Origin: Bacteroidales bacterium UBA4788
GTDB lineage: Bacteria; Bacteroidota; Bacteroidia; Bacteroidales; VadinHA17
DNA length: 64,000 nucleotides
Reading direction: 5' to 3'
Assembly: GCA_002402965.1 (NCBI GenBank)
Contig: DHGW01000092.1
Coordinates: forward strand, 37,382 to 101,381
The notes below the pieces were generated by a model that saw only the letters and a program-made list of their open reading frames with translations, searched no databases and was not told where the DNA came from. Numbering within the stretch: position 1 is the stretch's first letter; each line of letters begins with the position of its first letter. Below, one piece after another: positions 17,680-26,261 of this stretch. The translations under genes were made by a program, and so were the position numbers.

Positions 17680-18381
17680 ATGGACATCACAATAAAGGAG
17701 TTCATCAAAGGGGCGCAGGAGGCTCAGGGAGTGACGGTTATAATCGATGTCTTCCGGGCCTTCAGCACCGCATGCTATGCCTTCGATGGCGGTATCAGCC
17801 GCCTCATGGACGTTGCAACCCCCGCAGAGGCATTTGCACTAAAGGATAAACTGAAGGCTAATGTAATTATTGCTGGTGAACAGGATGAAAAGAGACCGGC
17901 AGGATTTGACTTAGGCAATAGTCCTACAGAGATGCTTACAGGCAGTCTGGCGGGAAAGACGATGATTCATTGTACCACCGCAGGCACCCGTGGCATCATG
18001 AATGCAACGAAAGCCTCGGAGATAATCGGTGCAGGACTTGTCAATGCAGGAGCAGTGGCCTCATACATCTCGATGCTCAGACCGGAGAAGGTCACCCTTG
18101 TTGCAATGGGGTACAGGGCAACAGAATCAGCCGAAGAGGACCTTCTCTGCGCCCGCTACATAAGAGACCTGCTTCAGGGCAGGGAGACGGAAATCACAAA
18201 AGAAACAGAAGCCCTCAGAACAGGTTCGGGTAGCAGGTTCTTCAAACAGGAAAACCTTGAATTCAGTCCTCCTACCGACTTCTTCCTCTGCACTGACCTG
18301 AACAGGTTCAATTTTGTCCTGAAGGCGGTAATAACGAATGCCGGATATGCCGAAATACTCAGGCTCGATATGGACCACTGA
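17680..18381 (+). CDS. comB: 2-phosphosulfolactate phosphatase (ComB) family protein
   Basis: 233 aa from the ATG at 17680. VTVIIDVFRAFSTACYAF and NSPTEM motifs are typical of the ComB family. Confidence 0.7.
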   Translation: MDITIKEFIKGAQEAQGVTVIIDVFRAFSTACYAFDGGISRLMDVATPAEAFALKDKLKANVIIAGEQDEKRPAGFDLGNSPTEMLTGSLAGKTMIHCTTAGTRGIMNATKASEIIGAGLVNAGAVASYISMLRPEKVTLVAMGYRATESAEEDLLCARYIRDLLQGRETEITKETEALRTGSGSRFFKQENLEFSPPTDFFLCTDLNRFNFVLKAVITNAGYAEILRLDMDH

Positions 18382-18426
18382 ATGGCAGGAAAATTGTATT
18401 ATGGTATTTCCTAAACAGATCCGAAC

Positions 18427-19854
18427 ATGAAAATCAGATATTCTGCCCTGGTACTCATTTTAGTGCTGGCCTTCATTCCGGCGCAGGCAACCGGACAGAC
18501 CGGTCACTCGATAACGGTAGCAGCAAAAGCAGGTCCTGAAACCAGTTTGAGACTTGCATATCACGTAGGCAATCAGCAATATGTCAAGGACAGCCTGACC
18601 ACGGATAAAGAAGGAAAGTGCCAGTTTTACGGCAGTGAGAAACTGCCTCAGGGAGTCTATATGATCGTCCTTCCGGATAACAGGTTCTTTGAGTTCCTTC
18701 TGGGGGAGGACCAGTATTTCGACATACAGTTTGACAAAAATGACCCGGCCGCAACCCTAACCTTCACCGGGTCGGATGAGAACAGCCGCTTCCTTGAGTA
18801 TCAGAGGAAATGGAAGTCTCTCCAGGAGGAGGCAATGAAGATCAGCAGCAGGCTTAACGGTTCCCTGCAGGGCAGCCCTGAAGCCGCAGCAATCAGGAAA
18901 GAACTCACGGATCAGGAGGCCAGGATGAAACAGTACCTCAGGGAGACAGCCGAGACAAACAGGGGAACCCTTCTCGGCGCCATCGCCAGGTCCGTGATAC
19001 CGGTGGACACCCCCGCCCCTGCAGTTCCTCCCGGCACCCACAATCCCGACTCTGTCGCACGCCTGCTCTCATACCTGTATTATAAGGATCATTTCTTTGA
19101 CAACATCGATTTTGCCGAATCCGGCCTCATACGCAGTCCCGTTCTCGGAGGCAGGCTCGACCAGTTCTTCAGACAGGTGGTGATACAGATGCCGGACTCA
19201 ATCATAATGGAGACAGACAGGCTGCTGGAGAGGAGCACCGTCAATGATGATGTCTTTCAGTATGTTGCAGTATGGCTCATGAACAAATATGGCTCCAGTG
19301 AGATAATGGGTCACGATGCCGTTGTGGTGCACATTGCCGACCGGGTTTACCTTGCCGGAAAAGCTCCCTGGGCTTCAGAGGAGTATCTCACCGACCTGAA
19401 GAACAGAATCGAACGACTGAGACCCAACCTTATAGGCGAAAAAGCTTCCGAGCTCCTCATGGGATCATTTGGCGGACAATATGTATCTCTCTATGACATT
19501 GATGCTGAGTTCACTATTGTCTACTTCTGGGAACCCGACTGCGGACACTGCAAGGAGGCTACTCCTATGCTGAAGGAATACTATGACAGGAATAAAGCCT
19601 CCGGCATTGAGGTCTTCGCGGTCTGCACCCAGAATGAGAAGGAAAAGTGGGAGAAATACATCGTTGACCACGGTCTGACCTGGATCAATGGCTGGGATCC
19701 GCAGAGGATGAGCAGGTTTGATTTCTATTACAATGTTGAATCCACGCCACTGATCTATATTCTAGACCGTGACAAGAAGATCATTGCCAAACGATTGGCT
19801 GTTGAGGATATAGCCTCATTCATTGAATCATACCGTAAGTTCCGGGCTCACTGA
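18427..19854 (+). CDS. TlpA/AhpC-like thioredoxin-fold thiol:disulfide oxidoreductase with long N-terminal domains
   Basis: 475 aa with a signal peptide. The C-terminal thioredoxin fold has the active site WEPDCGHCKE. Confidence 0.8.
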   Translation: MKIRYSALVLILVLAFIPAQATGQTGHSITVAAKAGPETSLRLAYHVGNQQYVKDSLTTDKEGKCQFYGSEKLPQGVYMIVLPDNRFFEFLLGEDQYFDIQFDKNDPAATLTFTGSDENSRFLEYQRKWKSLQEEAMKISSRLNGSLQGSPEAAAIRKELTDQEARMKQYLRETAETNRGTLLGAIARSVIPVDTPAPAVPPGTHNPDSVARLLSYLYYKDHFFDNIDFAESGLIRSPVLGGRLDQFFRQVVIQMPDSIIMETDRLLERSTVNDDVFQYVAVWLMNKYGSSEIMGHDAVVVHIADRVYLAGKAPWASEEYLTDLKNRIERLRPNLIGEKASELLMGSFGGQYVSLYDIDAEFTIVYFWEPDCGHCKEATPMLKEYYDRNKASGIEVFAVCTQNEKEKWEKYIVDHGLTWINGWDPQRMSRFDFYYNVESTPLIYILDRDKKIIAKRLAVEDIASFIESYRKFRAH

Positions 19855-20858
19855 TCCCCTGAAGGCAGGTGTGTTACGAGATCATAGAGTGATCTGTACC
19901 GTTCCACATTGACACCGTCGGTAACTGTCCACTCTGTTTCCCCTGCACTGTCCGCAACCTTCACGACAAGGAGTGCCTGAGGATCCGTTGTGTAACCGCA
20001 TCTGGCCAGTGCCCTGGCGGTCAGTTTTGCCGCCTTGCCTCTCCCCTCCAGGGCGATACCTGTCTGCCTGCTCCTGACGAAGCTGAATGTTCCGTCACTG
20101 AGGCTGAAGGATAGCAGCGGACTCTCGAAAGCCCTTGCCAACCGGCCGGTAAGCATCAGATCCTCAGGCGCTCCTTCGGTGACGCCATCACCTGTCATAA
20201 GCCAGATCCTGTCAGCCTCATTGATAGCTGTATCGAGGTCATGCGTGGAATAGATGACACATTTACCCTTTTCACGTGTAAGCTTACGGAGCAGGCTGAC
20301 TATCCCGTACCTCGAGGGCAGATCCAGAAAGGCTGTCGGCTCATCCATGACCAGCAGTCCTGTGTCCTGCGCCAGTGAACGGGCTATCAGTGTGCGCTGC
20401 CTCTCACCGTCAGAGATGCCGTCGATGCTTCTCCCGGAAAGACCGGAAAGACCGGTTGCCTCCATAGCTACCTTAACGGCTTCCTCATCTGCCGCCGAAA
20501 GAGTCCCGATCCAGTTGGTGTAGGGGAAACGGCCCAGGGAGACCACTTCGCGCACCTTTATATTGTGCATTAACACCGGCTCCGTGGAAACAAAACTTAC
20601 TATCCGCGGGAGTCTCGATAAGCTTATGTCATCCAGTGCATTGCCGTCAAGCATGATCTTGCCTCCCAGCGGCGGAAGCAGTCCCGTCAGCGTTCGCAGC
20701 AGCGTGCTCTTGCCAGTTCCGTTCCGGCCTATCAGTGCCACGAGTTCGCCCCTGCGAGCCTTCAGAGAGAGGCCCTGCATCACCTTAAAGATCCTGTCAC
20801 GGTTGCGGTAACCAATTGCCAGGTCTCTGGTCTCTGCTATGATTTCATCTATTCCCAT
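19848..20858 (-). CDS. btuD: ABC transporter ATP-binding protein (BtuD/FecE-like) with about 90-aa C-terminal extension
   Basis: Walker A GRNGTGKST, signature LSDGERQR, Walker B LLVMDEPTAFLD. I chose the start at 20858 (MGIDEI) because the TGATG junction overlaps the permease stop. The longest ORF starts at 20900. Confidence 0.85.
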   Translation of the reverse strand: MGIDEIIAETRDLAIGYRNRDRIFKVMQGLSLKARRGELVALIGRNGTGKSTLLRTLTGLLPPLGGKIMLDGNALDDISLSRLPRIVSFVSTEPVLMHNIKVREVVSLGRFPYTNWIGTLSAADEEAVKVAMEATGLSGLSGRSIDGISDGERQRTLIARSLAQDTGLLVMDEPTAFLDLPSRYGIVSLLRKLTREKGKCVIYSTHDLDTAINEADRIWLMTGDGVTEGAPEDLMLTGRLARAFESPLLSFSLSDGTFSFVRSRQTGIALEGRGKAAKLTARALARCGYTTDPQALLVVKVADSAGETEWTVTDGVNVERYRSLYDLVTHLPSGDQ

Positions 20859-21892
20859 CAGAATCTCCTCCCCAGTCCGGTCTTGCCAAGTATGATCCAA
20901 AGCACCACTGGTATGCCTATAAGTGAAGTGACAGTGTTTACAGGTATTATATGTCCGCCTCCGGGCGCATTGGAGATGATATCGCTGAGAAGCATTATAA
21001 CAGCTCCGCAGAGCGCCACACCTGGCATAAGAGTGCGGTGATCCGTGGTGCCAAAGAGCAGCCTTGCGATATGAGGAACAGCCACCCCTATGAAGGCAAT
21101 CGGGCCGCAGAATGCGGTGACACTCCCTGCAAGAATACTTGCCGATGCAAGCATTACTATCCTGGTTCTCTGCATCTTCACCCCCACCGTCCTGGAAAAG
21201 GTCTCTCCCATGAGCATGGCATTGAGCGGTTTAACCATAACAAATGCGATGACCAGCCCCGCCGCCGTGGCCAGTGAGAGGGCTCTTACCTGGGGATAGG
21301 ATATGTTACCGAGGTTTCCCATCGTCCAGATCACGTAAGTCCTGAGCATGGCTTCGTTGCTGAAATACTGCAGCAGGCTTACCACTGCCGAGATGGCGCT
21401 GGACAGCAGCAGTCCAACTATGAGCACGGTCATTATATCGCGCATGCGGGCTGATACGGCCATTATTACCAGCATCACGGCGCCGGCGCCGGCCCATGCC
21501 GCCAGTATCAGACCCCAACCCGCAAGCAGGCTTCCGGCAGGGAGGGTGAAGAGGGGTGTGAGCGTCAGCAGCGTCAGCGCCACTCCCAGACCGGCTCCGG
21601 AGCTGACACCAAGGACGTCAGGGCCGGCAAGAGGATTGCGAAACAGGGTCTGCATCAGTAATCCGCTTACCGACATGGCTGCCCCGGCAAGAATGGCAGT
21701 TATCGCTTTGGGAAGACGGAACTGCATGACTATAATCTCATCACCGGGGTTACTCTGCCCGAAAAGAGCTGCCATCACATCGGCGAAATTCATATGTGTG
21801 CTTCCCAGTAGCAGATCAGCCGTGAAGAGTAATATCATCAGCACTGTAATGCCTGCCATAATCAGCGTAACTCTTGTCCCTCCAGCACTCAT
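20858..21892 (-). CDS. btuC: FecCD-family ABC permease (BtuC-like)
   Basis: 344 aa and polytopic. RNPLAGPDVLGVSSGAGLG is typical of FecCD/BtuC. ATGA overlap with the upstream binding-protein gene. Confidence 0.9.
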   Translation of the reverse strand: MSAGGTRVTLIMAGITVLMILLFTADLLLGSTHMNFADVMAALFGQSNPGDEIIVMQFRLPKAITAILAGAAMSVSGLLMQTLFRNPLAGPDVLGVSSGAGLGVALTLLTLTPLFTLPAGSLLAGWGLILAAWAGAGAVMLVIMAVSARMRDIMTVLIVGLLLSSAISAVVSLLQYFSNEAMLRTYVIWTMGNLGNISYPQVRALSLATAAGLVIAFVMVKPLNAMLMGETFSRTVGVKMQRTRIVMLASASILAGSVTAFCGPIAFIGVAVPHIARLLFGTTDHRTLMPGVALCGAVIMLLSDIISNAPGGGHIIPVNTVTSLIGIPVVLWIILGKTGLGRRF

Positions 21893-23031
21893 TCCAGTTT
21901 CCTGTAATAGTATTGCACATAACCGGGCAAAAGTTCCGGGTGAATGATGGATACCAGGTCACTGAGCAGCAGATCAGGCCTCACCACAGCACTTTCCCAA
22001 TAGTCGTTCCCTCCCCCCGGAGTAATCCTTTTGCGGTTATTCCATACACGGCCACCCGTGAACAGCGGAAGTGCAGCCATCCTTTGATCCGAGGCGACTA
22101 TCTCTGACAACATGTCCGCAGTGCCGGGATTGATCCATATATCGGCCTCTGCTGCCTTGCGGAACACCGACTCCACAGAGAGAGGCACCGAATGAGCGCC
22201 GGACATGTCACTGTAGATGTAGTGTCCGCCGGCGTCTTCAATCAACCGGCCCATGTATGAGTTGCCGGGCGAGATATACCACACATCCTCCCAGGGGGCG
22301 CCTAAAAGCACTGAAGGTCTTGCTGCAGCTGACGAACTGACCATCGCCACAAGTTCACCGTATGCCTCTGAAACACTCCTGACAATACTGTCTGCCAGCG
22401 CCTCCTTTCCGGTAAGAAGGCCGAACAGACTCAGCCACCCACACCTTGCAAGAGGGTGCTCCTCAAGGTAGTCAGCATTGTATAAAACCTTCACCCCCGT
22501 ATCCGCCAGCCTCGCAGTACTTCCCGAGGAAGGATCAGCAACACCGTAGGCCATCAGAAGATCAGGATTCAATGAGATGATCAGCTCCCTGTTCAGGTTT
22601 CCCTCATAGCCGACATCCTCTATCCGGCCACTTTTAATGCCCTCAAGGATCAGGGAATCATAAACAAGTGAAGATCCGGATATACCCACGATCACACTCC
22701 CGGCATCAAGTGCCCGCAACATTGCAATGTGAGTGGTAGACATGCACACCATCCTGGAGACCGGTACACGGATTGTCTGATCCTCTCTTATGTCACCGGG
22801 AACAGCAGAGTCGCGAGGTACAAGGTACCATACAAGTTCTCTGCCAGCGGAATTCTGCCAGGGGTCCCTTATTGTAACCCTTGTGGCTCCCTCCACCTTT
22901 TCCAGTTTGAGCCTGCCCTCCGCTTTTACTGTTTTGTCAGCATACTGTCCGGCATCCGGAGGATTACCCCCGCGGCGGCACGAACAGAAAAGAAGTAAAA
23001 TTGCAATAATCAACTGAAGGATCCTGCTCAC
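21889..23031 (-). CDS. btuF: periplasmic-binding-protein lipoprotein of the ABC transporter (BtuF-like, class III PBP)
   Basis: 380 aa with lipoprotein signal LLLFCSC. A PBP-type fold is inferred from RMVCMSTTHIAML...IVGISG and from its position ahead of the FecCD permease and ATPase. Confidence 0.8.
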   Translation of the reverse strand: MSRILQLIIAILLLFCSCRRGGNPPDAGQYADKTVKAEGRLKLEKVEGATRVTIRDPWQNSAGRELVWYLVPRDSAVPGDIREDQTIRVPVSRMVCMSTTHIAMLRALDAGSVIVGISGSSLVYDSLILEGIKSGRIEDVGYEGNLNRELIISLNPDLLMAYGVADPSSGSTARLADTGVKVLYNADYLEEHPLARCGWLSLFGLLTGKEALADSIVRSVSEAYGELVAMVSSSAAARPSVLLGAPWEDVWYISPGNSYMGRLIEDAGGHYIYSDMSGAHSVPLSVESVFRKAAEADIWINPGTADMLSEIVASDQRMAALPLFTGGRVWNNRKRITPGGGNDYWESAVVRPDLLLSDLVSIIHPELLPGYVQYYYRKLE

Positions 23032-23033
23032 TG

Positions 23034-25196
23034 CTATTCGGTCTTTATGATGGTACCGGAATAAAAGACCGTGTCGGCGCGAAGACCGTAATGATAGATG
23101 CCCGGAGCCAGACCGGGCAGGTCAACGGGCAAGACACCCGGAAACACATCCCTGTACTCGGCGGCTGACACTGTCCTGCCTATGTTGTCATAGATCGTAA
23201 TAGTGACCGTATGCACACCTGTTTCCATCCTGAAATTAATACCGTTGCTGAAGGGATTTGGAAAAACCTCCAGAAACGCAGCACTCTGTCCCGGGTCCTC
23301 CAGTGTGTTCAGAACCGAGTTTTCAACCATCACAGCCTTGATCCCCAGTGAGACTGACATCGGGTAAGAGGGATGCAGGGTAAAAGGTTTCCAGGCCGAT
23401 CCGTCGTGAAAGTATGCTGTATTCTGAGCAGAAGTGGGCCACTGGGCGGAGTGCACCACGGCGAACTGCGGCTGAGGCTGGATGAGCGGACTCCTGTAGA
23501 AAACAGAATAGCCTGCGTAGAAGGGACCCGTTACCTTCACGGTCCTTCCGAAGTCAACCTCCAGGAGCTGACCACTTCGCGTCTCTGTCAGCCTTAGCTT
23601 TCTTGATGCCACAACTGCTCCAGGCTGTGTTCCTCCGCTCCAGATATAGAATCTCACCGAATCTGCTGTTGAGAGAAAAGATGAGGCTGAAATCTGCAAC
23701 CGGAGCCAGGCGATCTCTCCCGTACCGGAGAAGGGCATGTATTCAGCATATCTTATCAGACCGTCGGAGTTGTTTCCGGTCGAAAGTCCCCATCCGGGAG
23801 AGGAATAAGGATTTGTAGAGCCTGGATCTCCTGAAGACAAGCCGCCAAGGGTGTCCGATCTGGAGAGGTTGTAACCATACGGATCGCGACCGTTTACGAC
23901 TGTAGCGCCTAGTCCTGAAGGATCAAGCCATGAGCTCAGGTGGCTGGATGGTAAGGTGGTTATATTAAACATCCTTGAGAGCTTGGCGAAATAGTCGTTT
24001 GACGGATCACTGCATGTGGCGCCTCCGCCGGTGAGTGTTCCACGCAGCCTGCCGTTCTGATCATAGAGTGGCCCTCCCGATGAACCCGGCTCAGTGGTCC
24101 CTGTCTCCCACCTCAATATACGCCAGAAACCATTTGCAACGTATCCCAATGGGTAGGAGGCTGAAAGCGGAGGGTTATCATCAATAGTAATCTTCATCAT
24201 ATCGCCTTCAGGATGATGAACTGTATAGGTATTTGTGGGTGTGGTGGAGGTGATATCCCATCCTGAGAAGTATGGCCTCAAAACAAGAGAAGGAAACTGG
24301 TTCAGTTCCACAAGGGAAAAATCGATGTCAGGATTTTCAGCCCGGAGCAGTGAGCCCGTCAGGGTGTGCATGTTTGACATGTCCGGCCCGTCGCACCAGG
24401 GGCTCAGATAATTGAACACGAATATGGTGTTTTCGGCATGATCACCGGATTCAATGCAGTGGTTCGCTGTAATAATATAAGCCTTGTACTCGTTCCCGGT
24501 GTTGTTGACCATCACTCCCGTACAGAGTTCTGAGCCTGCAACGAGGAGCCGGACCGTTGAGCGGGAGGCTCTGATGTAATTGGGATTGGTTGAGCAGTTG
24601 AGGTCCACTTCACAGGCATCAGACCTTCCGTAGTAGAGATCTTTGATACCTTCGGGACCGAAGAACCCTGCGAAATCATGAGCCACCTGCCTGACTCCTA
24701 TGGAGTTCGGCGGGATACCTGTACCAGGGAAATGACATTCAAGAACAAGCCTCTCACCGGGCAGAGGCATGACGGGCATGGACCGCGTAATTGCCGTGCT
24801 CTCACGGGTAAAAGCGCCTCTGACTATCTGCCTCTGCAGATCATAAATATAGACATAGGCCCCGTCCGGAAGATTATAGGGCGAAAGAATGAGATTGAGG
24901 GAGAAGGCTCCTTTGGACGACACAGGCAGCACCCATACAGTCTCGCTGCCGTTTTTAACAATGAAACCAGAATTACCCGGATTTAGAGAGACCTCAACCG
25001 GTATGGCAAACTGCCATGGCTGACTCTTATCCTGTTTCACCGCACGCAATGCTGCTGCATGCTGTGGATCCACGCCGATCTCATGCCACCGTTCAATGGC
25101 CGGAAAGAGAGGATTTCCCATCGGGAACTCGGGCTGGCCGTGAATCAGAACCGTGGAAAGCAGAGAGAGGATGGATATGAGTATTCGTCCCTTCAA
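23034..25196 (-). CDS. secreted S1-family (trypsin-fold, lysyl/glutamyl-endopeptidase-like) serine peptidase with T9SS C-terminal sorting domain
   Basis: 720 aa with a signal peptide. Triad context: ITANHC (His), DFSLVEL (Asp), TEPGSSGGPLY (Ser). The C-terminal roughly 80 aa (LEVFPNPFSNGINF...GIYHYGL...) match the Por/T9SS type-A CTD pattern. Confidence 0.8.
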   Translation of the reverse strand: MKGRILISILSLLSTVLIHGQPEFPMGNPLFPAIERWHEIGVDPQHAAALRAVKQDKSQPWQFAIPVEVSLNPGNSGFIVKNGSETVWVLPVSSKGAFSLNLILSPYNLPDGAYVYIYDLQRQIVRGAFTRESTAITRSMPVMPLPGERLVLECHFPGTGIPPNSIGVRQVAHDFAGFFGPEGIKDLYYGRSDACEVDLNCSTNPNYIRASRSTVRLLVAGSELCTGVMVNNTGNEYKAYIITANHCIESGDHAENTIFVFNYLSPWCDGPDMSNMHTLTGSLLRAENPDIDFSLVELNQFPSLVLRPYFSGWDITSTTPTNTYTVHHPEGDMMKITIDDNPPLSASYPLGYVANGFWRILRWETGTTEPGSSGGPLYDQNGRLRGTLTGGGATCSDPSNDYFAKLSRMFNITTLPSSHLSSWLDPSGLGATVVNGRDPYGYNLSRSDTLGGLSSGDPGSTNPYSSPGWGLSTGNNSDGLIRYAEYMPFSGTGEIAWLRLQISASSFLSTADSVRFYIWSGGTQPGAVVASRKLRLTETRSGQLLEVDFGRTVKVTGPFYAGYSVFYRSPLIQPQPQFAVVHSAQWPTSAQNTAYFHDGSAWKPFTLHPSYPMSVSLGIKAVMVENSVLNTLEDPGQSAAFLEVFPNPFSNGINFRMETGVHTVTITIYDNIGRTVSAAEYRDVFPGVLPVDLPGLAPGIYHYGLRADTVFYSGTIIKTE

Positions 25197-25235
25197 TATT
25201 TTCGGGTTACAGCGCTAAAATTAGTCAAAAAGTGA

Positions 25236-26261
25236 TTAGTCATGCATATGGAGCATAAAACCGGGTATTATTCCTGCCTGCTCAGTGTCAAGAAGCTGTC
25301 CCAGACGGTCATACACAAGGAAATCGCCCTTCTGCATGTAATCTTTTGCATCGGTGACGGCGATATTCCCGCCGGGACAGACAATCAATCTGTAGAATCG
25401 CCTGTCATCCTCACCTATAAAAGCCTCCGACGGGAGAGCCGTCGCTGTCACCGGCATTCTCCTGACTCCTTCATCGAGGTAATACAGGGTGTCACCGGCA
25501 GCATTGATTGTCAGTGATGAGGGATTGTCATCAACCGTCCTGAAGAAGAACTCCGTCTCCTTCTCCAGCGTGACGGTATTGATCCTTGCCAGCCTGGGTA
25601 TCTCCTCTCCATTCCATCCTCCTGTGCAGAGAACCCATATCCTGCCGTTTTTGTCGAGAACCATGCCCTCCGGCTCCAGTCCTGTGGTGATTGAGGTGAT
25701 CACCTCCCCTGAAGCCAGATCACTTACAACAAGACTTCTTCCTCCCGACCAGTGCGCCGAGAAGAGCCTGCCTCCGGATATGATCATTGCCTCTGACGTA
25801 AAACCTATATCCATGCTGCCCGATTTCTCAATCCTGTCGAGATCAATAACCGTCACCTCCTGTGAATTCAGGCTGCTCACATAGCCTTTTCTTCCGTCAA
25901 TGACCATCTGCCTTGGGGAGCCGAGGCCGGTGATGGTGCCCAGGCTCTCCATGGTTCGGATATCCACAGCCTCCATGGTGCCGGAGTTATTGACAATGAT
26001 AAAGCCCCTGCTGCCGTCAACAGCTAAAAATGAGGGAATATCACCGAGAGCCCTCATGTTTACAGCCCTAAAAAGGTCATTGTATATCTGTTTCGTTGCG
26101 AAACTGTAAAACGAAACCGATCCGTTACCTGCATTGAAGTTACCTTCATTAAGGATGAATATGCCCTCTCCTTTCGGATAAAGCAGCGGATCATCCTGGG
26201 ATTCACAGGAAACGACAAACGTAAGGGCAAGAACTACGAGGATATTAATAAGGTTTTTCAT
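25236..26261 (-). CDS. surface lipoprotein, YncE-like beta-propeller (candidate BtuG-type corrinoid-binding accessory protein)
   Basis: 341 aa with lipobox LTFVVSC. Repeated blade-like segments are present. It sits immediately downstream of the TonB-dependent receptor with a 17-nt overlap, which is the position BtuG occupies in Bacteroides B12 loci. Confidence 0.6.
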   Translation of the reverse strand: MKNLINILVVLALTFVVSCESQDDPLLYPKGEGIFILNEGNFNAGNGSVSFYSFATKQIYNDLFRAVNMRALGDIPSFLAVDGSRGFIIVNNSGTMEAVDIRTMESLGTITGLGSPRQMVIDGRKGYVSSLNSQEVTVIDLDRIEKSGSMDIGFTSEAMIISGGRLFSAHWSGGRSLVVSDLASGEVITSITTGLEPEGMVLDKNGRIWVLCTGGWNGEEIPRLARINTVTLEKETEFFFRTVDDNPSSLTINAAGDTLYYLDEGVRRMPVTATALPSEAFIGEDDRRFYRLIVCPGGNIAVTDAKDYMQKGDFLVYDRLGQLLDTEQAGIIPGFMLHMHD

